Part shown: one piece after another, positions 25,438-36,425 of the stretch
How positions within the stretch are numbered: the first letter of the stretch is position 1
Layout of the letters: every line of letters starts with the position of its first letter
Assembly (NCBI GenBank): GCA_964016885.1
Contig: OZ024741.1
Span: 196,726,001-196,790,000, forward strand
From: Eledone cirrhosa
Lineage: Eukaryota
Direction of reading: 5' to 3'
DNA length: 64,000 nt
Notes under the pieces: model-generated
Seen by the model: only the letters and a program-made list of their open reading frames with translations
The model's database searches: none
Told to the model about the DNA's origin: nothing
Position numbers and translations under genes: made by a program

Positions 25438-28330
25438 CATCTTTCCACTTGCCACGGTCCTTCGTCATCTCCACCGCGAGCTCCAGCGATCTGAGGTCTG
25501 TTCTCACCACCTCCGCCAATGTTTTTTGTGGTCTTCGTCTACTACGTCTTCCTTCAACTGGCATTCTTGGCACTTCTTCACTCATCAGTCATCCTCCATG
25601 CGCATCACATGTCCATACCACCTCAGTCTCCTCTTTCGCACAATACAATTTATACCTCTCAGACACAGTTTCTCTCTCAACACATCCATGGTCGGTCATT
25701 CACGCACATTGACATTGCACATCCAACGGAGCATGCTTGCCTCAGTTCTCTCCAGCTGTCGCATATCCTCTACAGTTGCTGCCCATGTCTCACTACCATG
25801 CAGCATCGCGCACCTCACACAGGCATCATATAACCGGCCTTTCGTACGCAGGGAGAAACCCTTCTTCGTCAGCAGAGGAAGTAGCTCCCTAAACTTCTTC
25901 CAACCCATCCTTATTCTAGATAATATGGCCTCAGAACCGCCCCCCCCCCCCAATCTGATCACCTAGGTACTGGAACCTATCGACCACTTCTTTAGAGCCC
26001 ACCTGAATTTGAAAAATTTGTCTATCAATACGACTTCTACTGTCAAATTTCCCTGTACATCTACTGCATACGTATTTCTCCCTTACCTGTTAGTTTGCCT
26101 GCTATCCCACTATATCTCTTGTGTACCCAAGATCTCCATTGTGTACATTTTATAGAATTTATGCCAGTTCCTTTTCTGCATATCGAAGATGGCCATTTCC
26201 CTGATGGAATCAGAGTTTTGTCCTCTTTTCTACTCAACACTTTTGTCTTAGTTAGGTTCACTCTCACTCTTGATTCCAACTGCTGTTTCCATATCCAGAA
26301 TTTATTCTCTAACTCCTCTACTGATTCTGCTATAAGAACCAGATCGTCAGCATAGAGAAGTTCCCATGGACAGCCAGCCTTAAACTCCTCTGTTATGGCT
26401 TGGAGGACTATAATGAATAAGAGTGGGCTGAGGACCGAACCCTGATGTACTCCTACTTGTATCTGGAATTGCTCACTAAACTCCATTCCTACCCTCACTT
26501 TACTGACAGCACCTCCATACAAAGCTTGCACTTCCTCACAAGCCATTCCTCCACACCTAGTTTCCTAAGGGACCACCAGATGACAGATCGGGGTACCCTA
26601 TCAAAGGCCTTCTCTAGGTCAACAAAAGCTAAGTATAGTGGCTTATTCTTCTCTCTTGTAATTGTCTCACTAAGAAGAGGGCATCTGTTGTACTTTTCCC
26701 AGGCACAAAACCAAACTGCATCTCATCTAGTTTAACCCTTTCTCTAATTAGTTGCGCTAATATCCTTTCTGCCACTTTCATAACCTGATCCATCAGTTTT
26801 ATGCCCCTATAATTGCTCCTCTCCAGAGCATCCCCTTTACCTTTGTAGCAATTTATGAGAATACTGCTGCACCAGTCTTTGGGTATGACACCGCCATATA
26901 TAGCCTGATTGATGATACATGCAACCAGTTTAGTGCCTTCAGCAACCATCCCCGACGGTCCAGCGGCCTTACCGTTTTTCATTTCCTTAATTGCCTCTTG
27001 GACCCTATATTCGTCAATCTCAATAGCTGGTCCCTCTGTCGGATCCACTGGGGGTAATTTCTCTCTCTCCCATTTGTTCTCCACATTCATCAGTCTCTCA
27101 TAATGACATTTTCAGGCCTCCTTTTTCTGATCAATCATGATACTAAGTACACCGGCATCATTCCGGGGGTGGTACATTCTTCCCCAGGGAAGGCGTTAGT
27201 ATTTATTATTGTCAGTTTGTCTCATCTTACAAATAAGCAATTAGTTTGGCTTGTCTATTCACCTGATTGATATGAGATCAGATGGCTAACTAGTTTCCCG
27301 AAATTTGTGTTACATCACAGTATTCATTTCTTGAGCCATAATCATAACCACCATGAATTCCACTGAATCCATCCTGGTACTGTCCCACATGTCCATTGAA
27401 ATCGCCTGCTAGAATGATGATATCTCCTTCATCAGTATCTGAAATTGTCTGTAAAAAAAAAGTCCTCAAAGAACCTGTCCTTTTGCTCTTCATTCAGTCC
27501 TGTTTCTGGAGCATAGGTAGATGTAATTGTCACCATACTATTTTCTACAGTTTATTTAAGCTTGATGATTTTGTCACTTACTAACCACCTCTATCACATT
27601 ATTGATCCATTTTTCAGCTAGTAAGATGTCTACACCCCATTGTCATTTCTTGTCCAATAAAGTTTGTATATATGTTGTTTGCCTGTGAATAGTCACGCTG
27701 AGGCACCCCTCCATCCCATTTCTTGTACACAGCACACATCTACTTCGCTCCTCTCTAACAGCTCCACAATTTCACCTGATTTACTTTTCAGGGTACCAAC
27801 ATTGAGGGCGGCAGTCCTGAGATTTATAACCTGACAGCTCTTTTGGTAGCAGTTTTTTTGCACCTGAAAGGGGAAAAGGCTGTGCAATTGCTTGATGATG
27901 GTCTAGGGGTTCTTGCACATGTCTACTCTAGCCACCCCACTATCATGTGCAGCAGTAACATTACCAGTGGTAGCCTTGTATATGCAAATAATGAGAAGCA
28001 TATTTGTCATTCTTTTCATATTTTTGGCAGGGCTTTTTTGGCTGGATGCCCTTCCTATTACAAACCACTTTACAGCGTGAGCTGGATGCATTATTTGTGC
28101 CACCAGCACTAGAGAGGTTGTCTTACGGGACTCAAGAGTCCTCTCCATCATGTATCAGTTTTTATTTAGAGTATCTACATTCCTGGATGGGTTACCTTCA
28201 CTACAGCTTACCGACCCCAAATCTGCCCTGTGCAGTCGTTTTTAATTTGAGTCACTGCCCTCCTAGATGGGTTTTTGGAGTCAATGGGTTGCCTTCACTA
28301 TGACTTGCAGAGTTCACATCTGCCCTGTGT
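25438..28330 (-). mobile_element. Decayed near-full-length RTE LINE (family A) with APE endonuclease and RT remnants and internal deletions
   Basis: [79 protein letters not shown]; many frameshifts. Confidence 0.93.
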
Positions 28331-28989
28331 AGTCCTTTTTAATTGGAGCCATTGTCCTCCTAGACAAGCTGTCTTCAGTTTGGCTACAGGGTCTACGTCT
28401 GCCCCTATAATATAACAGTTAGTAAAATTAGTTTCATTTATTAATGTTCTTAACTCTGACTTAAGATTTCATAAAAAGAAATTAAAATTAAATTCCGTAG
28501 AAATTGACTTATAATGCATAAGATTTTTACGCTGACTTAATATAAGTTTTACTTCAGTTTATGCTAAACAAGTTGTTTAGGAAAGGTGCATTATTTATTT
28601 AGGTTAGAAAGTTGCATTTCATCTACTTATTAGTAAACAAAATCAAACATTCACATCTATTTAAATATCTATGCCAGCTGAATCCATATACTCACACATT
28701 TTCTTTCTTCAAAACGTGTGCATTCACAGAAAGTAAATTTGTATGTTGATAATATATGTGTAACACAGATACAATTACGCCAACTCTTATTAGTTTCATG
28801 CTTGTTGAAAAATGAAAGTGAATGTATCAACATATTAGATGTTAGTCATTCATCAGGATAGAGTAAAGTTAGGAAATAGAGGAGAGTGGAAGGAATCAGA
28901 GTCCTATCTTCTTCCCTACTAATTAGCACTTTAGTTTCAGACCTTTTGATTCCAAATTCTGTTTCCATAATTGGAATTTATTTTCTAGT

Positions 28990-30410
28990 ACTTTTATGGT
29001 TTCAGCTACAAGGATCAGATCATCTGCATAGAGAAGTTCTCATAGCCAGCTCATTTTAAACTCCTCTGTTATGGCCTGGAGAACTATGATGAACAGCAGT
29101 GGCCTAAGAACAGAACACCTACCTCTACCTTGAATTCCTCACTAATCTACTGCCTACTCTCACTTTACTGACAGCTCCTCTGTACATAGTTTGCACTGAT
29201 CTCACAAGCCATTCTTCTACACCTAATTTCCTTAAGGACAACCAGATAATAGATTGAGGTACTCTGTCAAAGGCTTTTTCTAGATCAACAAAAGCTAAAT
29301 ATAATGTCTTATTTAGGGGTAGGAACTTGTAGTTGCCTGACTAGGAACAGGTCATCTAGTACTTTTTCCAGGCATGAAACCAAACTGCATCTCATCTGTC
29401 TTGACTCTTTCCTTAATTAGCTGTACTATAACTCTTTCCGTCACTTTCATAACTAGGTCCATTAGTTTTATTCCTCCTTTCTAGAGGATCACCTTTGCCC
29501 TTGTAGCAATTTATGATTGTACTGTCAACCTGTGTCATTACCTTTGAGAGGTGCAATTGGGCAAGGTTAGCTTTTATCACCTCATCCCAAATCTTCCTAC
29601 TCCATAGCTTCCATCAACTTTGAGCATTCTGCACCTTTTTAAACAGCTGCCATCCTTCATATGCATTACATGTATATACAAATACAATCTCCTCCTGCAC
29701 ACTGCATCTGATCCCTCTTATACCCGGTATCTCTCTGTTTGTTTAAGCTTTGCCATTCATGTATATTACTATTGAAGCATGTAAGCTTTATTTCTTTCCA
29801 ATCTTCGCAGGTCTTCTGCACACTGCACCCAGGCCTCTCTATTATGCATTATAGAATCTGCCTTTTGTTTTGAGGAAAAAACTTTTAGTAGCTAGCAGTG
29901 GTAGTAGCTCCCTGAACTCCCCCCCCCCTCCCATTCTCACTATGGCTAATGTACTTTTGGAACACTCACCTCCACTGCTGATTTGGTCACTCAGGTAACA
30001 GAAGCTGTCTACTGCTACACTGGAACCCTCCAAGAATTTGATAGAGCCATTTACTGCTTACTGCTCCTGTGCAACGGCCATATGTAAAACCTATGTTCTT
30101 AGCTAACCTACCTGAAAGCCCACTACGTCTCTTGTACAGAGCATGGAATTTCTACCTATGCTTTTCTTGCAAACTGAGCAAGGCCATTTCCCTGAGGATA
30201 TCAGGCCCCTGTTTTCCTTTCTACTTACTAGGATTTTAGTCTTTGTCTAGACTTTAAGAGCCTTTGATTTTAGGCCATACTTCCAGATTTGTAATTTCTT
30301 CACTATATTTCTGCTATAAGTGTTAGATCATCTGCATAGAGGAGCTCCCATGGGCAGCCAGTCTTAAACTCTTCCGTTACAGCCTGCATGACAATAATAA
30401 ACAGGAGACA
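28990..30410 (-). mobile_element. Two rearranged RTE RT fragments
   Basis: ELLYADDL-coding segments at ~29020 and ~30330; [16 protein letters not shown]; QFGF motif near 29380. Confidence 0.8.
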
Positions 30411-31274
30411 ACAGCAGTTCCAATTTCACAGCAATGAACAGTGGCATCACAACAGAAGACAACAGTTCCAATTTCACAGCAATGAACAGTAGCATCACAA
30501 CAGAAAATTGTTTAGAACAATTATTTCTTCCTTTTTATGATGTGTATCAATGTTGACTGTACTGTATTAAATGCCTGCATGCACATTCATGTTTCATTTT
30601 TTTTTTGACACACCTTGTATTAAATGTTTGCATGCACACACACAAACTCCATTCATGTAGGGATATTGTGAGATTTTCTTGCATGACTAGTTGAAGTAAT
30701 GGAATAGCTTACAGACTGCAACAGCTTAGACTGAAAGAGGCTCGCAAATTAAAACGAATTAGCAGATGCATTCACAACTTGAATTGCATACAACACTGAT
30801 AGCTTTACGTCAACCTAGTCACACATTTCCAACTCAGTGCTAAATGCATTTTTTTTTTTTTCAACATATGTAAAAAGACTTATGGCTCCATCCATGTAAC
30901 TAAAACCAACATAAATCTCGATACCACACAGTTTCTTTCCAAGTCATGTTCTGGCATTTCACTACCTCTTTTGTTGTCGATCGCTACTCCTGCATCGATC
31001 TGGGCAGGGAACTAATGTAGCAACATCTCTTTGCACATACTGACCCCCAAATGACATCTGGCTGCTATTTCTCTTTATCTTGGTTGGTGTCAGTAGTCTG
31101 GAGCAGCTGGCCAGCTTGAGGTGAAGTAAGATAAGTTTTTCTTTGGATCATTCGACTCTGGTTCCTCGGAAGAACATCACTTCAACCTGCTCGAGCAAGT
31201 AGCCTGATGTAGCACTTAACAAAACACTCTGGCTCTGTTGACAAGGGCCCGACTACAATTCTTGTCATATAGAC

Positions 31275-31474
31275 CAGGCATGTCAAACTGAGGGTCTCCC
31301 GAGGGCCACATGGGTCACATAATGTTGTCTGGGGGCCACACATGACAACTAATTGCACACATTGCAACTAATTTTTTAAATTTTATATTACAAAGATAAA
31401 GCATGCTTGCGCTGTAAAAATCTTTGTGCGGGTCACTGGTGTGCTTGTAAAGGGCTGCATGTTTGATATGCCTG
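31275..31474. mobile_element. 200-bp hAT/Charlie-type MITE
   Basis: TIRs CAGGCATGTCAAAC / GTTTGATATGCCTG; 8-bp TSD ATATAGAC/ATATAGAT; internal GGGCCACA subterminal repeats. Confidence 0.87.
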
Positions 31475-32349
31475 ATATAGATAACACGGCTCATTTGCTA
31501 CTGCGAGCTTACTACTACCTATGTGGGTAATACTGTCTGACTACAACTTGTCATTTTGTAATAGAATGTAGCATATTAAACAAAGATTCTCCAACACAAC
31601 TCTGAAGTCTTTTTAAACACTGTATTCATTTGTGAGTGCTACCATCAAATTTTATATTTTTATGATTCGAAGTAATATTCTTTTTCCTTTTTGCTCAAGT
31701 GAAGTAAAGTTATATATCGTACCAAAATTATTGTATTTGTCGTGTTTATCATCCTCTTTAACAACACCCAAAATATTCGCTTCAAATGTACCCGAGACGG
31801 ATACTCTTACCTGAAACTTGCAGTGTTTATAGATGCTGGCCATATTGCTTTGTTTTTGCTTGTTGCTCAAACATTTAGAGTTGTTCTTCTGTCATAGAAT
31901 CATTTGCCACTATATAATTTGATGTGCACTTTTTGTGCACCATGTTTTTAGGACTCAGATTTCTGGGAGCCAGATACAGCTGATAGACCTTTCATAGCGA
32001 TGATCAAAGTATCACGGATGCCTATCACAATAAAATACTGCCTCCTTACTTGGAAAGTGTAGTATTGGCAGGATCACTCGCGATTCATTGGTCACCTGTG
32101 TCACAGTCTCTTGGACGCAGGGTTTTGTTTTGCCATTCTGGTGTATGTCTTCTTCATCATGAAAGTTCTTTTCTACGGAAATACTTAACACACACGCACA
32201 CACACATACTGTCACATGGCAGGATAAATATATTCTCCCAGACTGAAAGAAAGGTTAAGTTGTCTGAATGTATTCCTATGTGAGTTGGATAAACTAGAAG
32301 GCAGTAACATAACTATAATATTTATTATACAAACATACAAGCGGACGTA

Positions 32350-32892
32350 AATGTGCAATGTATAGGGAAGGTGCGCCAGTTACTCATGGAGATAAGCAGA
32401 TCGCCAGTGCTTCTCCACCACCATTTCACAAATTGAAAGCTTGCTCTGGTTGGCCAGAACCGAACGTAGTGTACTCTGTTAACTTCCTGTTTAGTTTAAA
32501 TTCATCATCACTTGTTTTCCCTTTTCACTATGCTGTTACAAACACAGTGTCGCATGTTATGTTTTGCTTTCGTACCTTTTCATTTACAGTTTTTATTATG
32601 ACGAGAGTAGAAAGAAAAAAGTAACCTCAACATTGATAATCATTTCTACCTTCGCCGCTAATGTCACCATTTCACTAATCCTTTTCCCTTCTTTAAACTT
32701 AAGTCGGCGCTGGCGCCTCGTCATTTTAAAGTCGAAATTACTGTTGCTACTGTCCCAACTTTTTTCTAATAATCGCCGTTAGCGATTGAGTGAGTGTATG
32801 CGTAGCGAAGATTATCTTCCGCCTTCATTAATAAACAGCTGATAGTCTGTATCTACCTACACTGTACACACAAAGACTGAGTTACAAAACCG
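32350..32892. promoter_or_regulatory. Probable promoter/5' UTR region of the kinase gene
   Basis: Apparently non-repeat sequence with many CpGs (e.g. aagtcggcgctggcgcctcg, aatcgccgttagcg) just upstream of the candidate first exon, contrasting with CpG-poor downstream introns. Confidence 0.5.
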
Positions 32893-32977
32893 ATGTTCTC
32901 TCAGTGCCAAGAGACATTCATTATGCCTGGTTATGTAAATTATCCCGAAAACAATATGTTATTGGAAGGAGCAATGT
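32893..32977 (+). CDS. RPS6KA5: Probable first coding exon of MSK-type kinase (MFSQCQETFIMPGYVNYPENNMLLEGAM+T)
   Basis: ATG at 32893 in a CpG-richer zone, followed by a GTAAGT donor at 32978. It leaves phase 1 (T), which joins TA at 40655 to give TTA-AAT-ATG (L-N-M) in frame with the next exon. The peptide itself is not recognisably conserved. Confidence 0.55.
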
Positions 32978-33879
32978 GTAAGTTTATTTTTCGCAATATT
33001 CCTTTTTTTTTTTTATCTCTTAAATTTCTATATTTCTCTGTAATATTTTCATATGGTTTATTTTTCTTTTCATTGTTTGTGTAGTTTTTATCTTTCCGAC
33101 TAAGAACTAACATTGGTTGACTTGTTTATTAAATACCGATGTTAGCCAATTCACCCGTTTGATTTCAGAATCATATACTCGAAATAAGAAAACATAAATA
33201 TCTCATCTGATTTACTGGATTCATTGTGTATATACACATTAGGGTTAAAGTTCATTGAGTTTAAAGTTGGTAGGGTTAGGGTTTCTTCGTTGCTTCGTGA
33301 ATGTATGAGCGGAGAATGCTAAATGAATTTTGCGAATGCAACGAGATAGTTTCATTTCTTTAATTCCATCACCACCTCCTAAACAACCAATTCTCTTCAT
33401 CGCTATTAGCATCAACAAAGGTTATTTTATTGTTTTATAAACTGATAACGGTATAATACTGCAAAAAGTTATATATATTTTCTGAATTCCATCTTTTAAA
33501 AAAACAGCAATTTCTTTTTATACAGACGCCAAAGTACTCACACGCACACCTCTCTCTTTCAGTCCAATTCTTTTTGGTTTTGAGGAAAGAAATTTTAGCA
33601 TAGCTACAGCTTTTCATCCTTGACCATCCAATCTTTTTTTCCTGTATGAAATCAGAATTTTATTTTCCAATCAACAAAAGCGTTCTAACCATGACTATCT
33701 ATTTTTTAAAAAAAGAATTGGTACATTTCGTATCCGATATCCCCACTTAACCTTTTTTTCGATAATTCGCTTGGATTCTGAACATAAAAGATTACGATTC
33801 TTCAACATCTTTCTTTCAAATTTCAATCAAAAAAGAAAATTCATCCTTTTTTTTCGTAACTTCCCGGATTATTTTTTTC

Positions 33880-34990
33880 CAAAATATTTTTCTGATTTCT
33901 CATTGCGGTTCCTCCCTCATCAGCGAGCCCCAATTACTGACCAAACCTTCGAGGCCATCTTTCGATCTAAGTTGGCCAACCTCGAGCAACGAAGTTTTTT
34001 TTTTTATATTTAGGAATTATTTGTCAATTCCTAAGTTGTATTTCCTCAGAGTTAGTCCCTCTTACAAATTCTCGTTGTGTCGCCAACGCTTTGACGACCT
34101 AATAGTCAGTGATCTTGAGGATCTGGTCAATACGCTACTCTCTCCAGGGTCCCACGATCAAGCTGCCTTGCACAAACAGTTAGGTCTCAGTCTGCGCAAA
34201 TGCACATCTTTGTCTCTACCTTACTTTCTTTTCTCCATCCACGCTTGCTCCCCTTTAGTGGTTGGCATCCTCTCCTTTACAACATGGAATAGCTCCACCA
34301 GGGAGATGGATGAAGCTTTACTACAGTGGAGAGAGCTGGGTTTGTCAGTTACTGATGAGGATAGAAGGAAGCAGAGACATTCTGCGTTCAAAGGAAATTT
34401 TTAACTCTCTCTTTGATCATTCTGATCAATTTTCTAGGTGCCGCTTACTTTCTGCAAGTGCAAAATTCTCGAGTAACCGGATTGATGCTCTGCCTGTAGC
34501 CAACATTGGTGGTCTTTTTAGTCAGGACGAGTTCCGCATCTCCATTGCACTTCGAGTGGGAGCCGATGTCTGTGGGGTTCTGAGATGTCACTGTGGTAGG
34601 TCCCTCGATGCCACAAGCCTACATGGTTTGTCCTGCCACCTGAATGCTGGTTGTTTCGCCTGCCACACCAAGCTAAACCTGATCATTAAACAGGTCCTAG
34701 CTTGGGTAAATATCCCCTCAGTTCTGGAGTCTGCTGGATTATCCAGAAGTGATGGGAAGAAACCAGACAGCTTTACCTGGTGTCCCTGGGTAAGAGTTAG
34801 GTGTCTCATCTGGGACACCACAGTCAGTGACTCTTTTGCTCCTTCCCATATGGATGCTGCAGTAAATGTGGGGGGTCACTGCTTCCGTTGCTGAATGAAA
34901 TGATATTCGGAAATACCTGGAAGAGAATTTCCCCAAAATTCAATTTCTTGAATGTGTATAGGCTGTAGATTTGATCCGTCACTAGCCCTG
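33880..34990 (+). mobile_element. CRE-clade non-LTR retrotransposon 3' portion (zinc knuckle plus RLE endonuclease) in the probable first kinase intron
   Basis: LPVANIG...FRISIALRVGADVC...CHCG...HGLSC...H..LN.II...PSVLE..GLSRSDGKKPD...PW...LIWDTT..DSFAPSH. Confidence 0.85.
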
Positions 34991-35411
34991 AATTGCCTTT
35001 AGCACTCCACTGTTGCAAACATTTGAACCAGGTACCTGTTTTGAGCATGTCATCATTCCATAAGTCTTGCATACACATACAAACAAACTTACAGGTGCAA
35101 TCATATATATGTGTGTGTATGTGTGAATGTATAAAATCTGTTTGTTTTTTCCTTCTACACACACATATTCCCACCATCCACTCACACAAAAGATATTCTG
35201 GCAAAAAGCAAATTTATAAAAAAACAAAATCCCCAAATAAAATATGAATTCAATATATATGTATGTCTACACACACGCAACATCATTGTTTTAACGTCAG
35301 TTTCTCCTGCAAGCAAGTACTGAAGTGGAGTTGGTGATCTCCTGGACTGGCCAGAGATCTGCATCTTGCTTATGTACGGTTTCCAAATAAATTGGTGCAG
35401 GGTAGAGAAGT

Positions 35412-36005
35412 CCCCTAAGTCCAGTAAGACAACTTCCCTAGTGCTGGTGGCACGAATAAAAGCACCCAGTCCATGCTGTAAAATGGAGGGGTGGATAGGG
35501 CCCCTGAGTCCAGTAAGACGACCTCTCTAGTGCTGGTGGCACCTCGTCCATGCTGTAAAATGGAAGGGTAAAGAAGGCCCCTGAGTCCAGTAAGACGACC
35601 TCTCTAGTGCTGGTGGCATGAATAAAAGCACCCAGTCCATGCTGTAAAATGGAGGGTTGGATAGGGCCCCTGAGTCCAGTAAGACAACCTCTCTAGTGCT
35701 GGTGGCACAAATAAAAGCACCCAGTACATGCTGTAAAATGGAGGGTTGGATAGGGCCCCTGAGTCCAGTAAGACAACCTCTCTAGTACTGGTGGCATGAA
35801 TAAAAGCACCCAGTCCATGCTGTAAAATGGAGGGTTGGATAGGGCCCCTGAGTCCAGTAAGACAACCTCTCTAGTGCTGGTGGCACAAATAAAAGCACCC
35901 AGTACATGCTGTAAAATGGAGGGTTGGATAGGGCCCCTGAGTCCAGTAAGACAACCTCTCTAGTACTGGTGGCATGAATAAAAGCACCCAGTCCATGCTG
36001 TAAAG
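35412..36005 (+). repeat. 89-bp tandem array (~7 units) in RTE 5' region
   Basis: (G/A)AGTCCAGTAAGAC starts at 35417, 35506, 35583, 35672, 35761, 35850 and 35939. Confidence 0.95.
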
Positions 36006-36092
36006 TGGTGCTGGTGTTAGGAAGGGCATCCAATCAGTATATATACTACTGCCAAACATTATGAATGCAACAAATGAAATTTGCAACTACTG

Positions 36093-36425
36093 CGTAAACA
36101 GCAATAACACTAACCATGTTAGGGCTGTGCACGGTAGTGGGGTGGCTGGTGCGGCCATGTGCGAGAACCCCCAACCGTCATCAAGCAATCACACAAAAAC
36201 AAATACGTAAACAGCAATAACACTAACCATGTTAGGGCTGTGCACGGTAGTTGGGTGGCTGGTGAGGCCATGTGCGAGAACCCCCGACTATCATCAAGCA
36301 ATCACACAAAAAGAACTGCGTAAACAGCAATAACACTAACCATGTTAGGGCTGTGCACGGTAGTGGGGTGGCTGGTGAGGCCATGTGTGAGAACCCCATG
36401 ACCGTCATCAAACAATCGCACAACA
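36093..36425 (+). repeat. 113-bp tandem array (3 units) just upstream of the RTE endonuclease
   Basis: CGTAAACAGCAATAACACTAACC starts at 36093, 36206 and 36319. Confidence 0.95.

Noticed and set aside
33239-33283. Telomeric TTAGGG-like motifs
   Set aside because: Only two or three scattered units; not an array.
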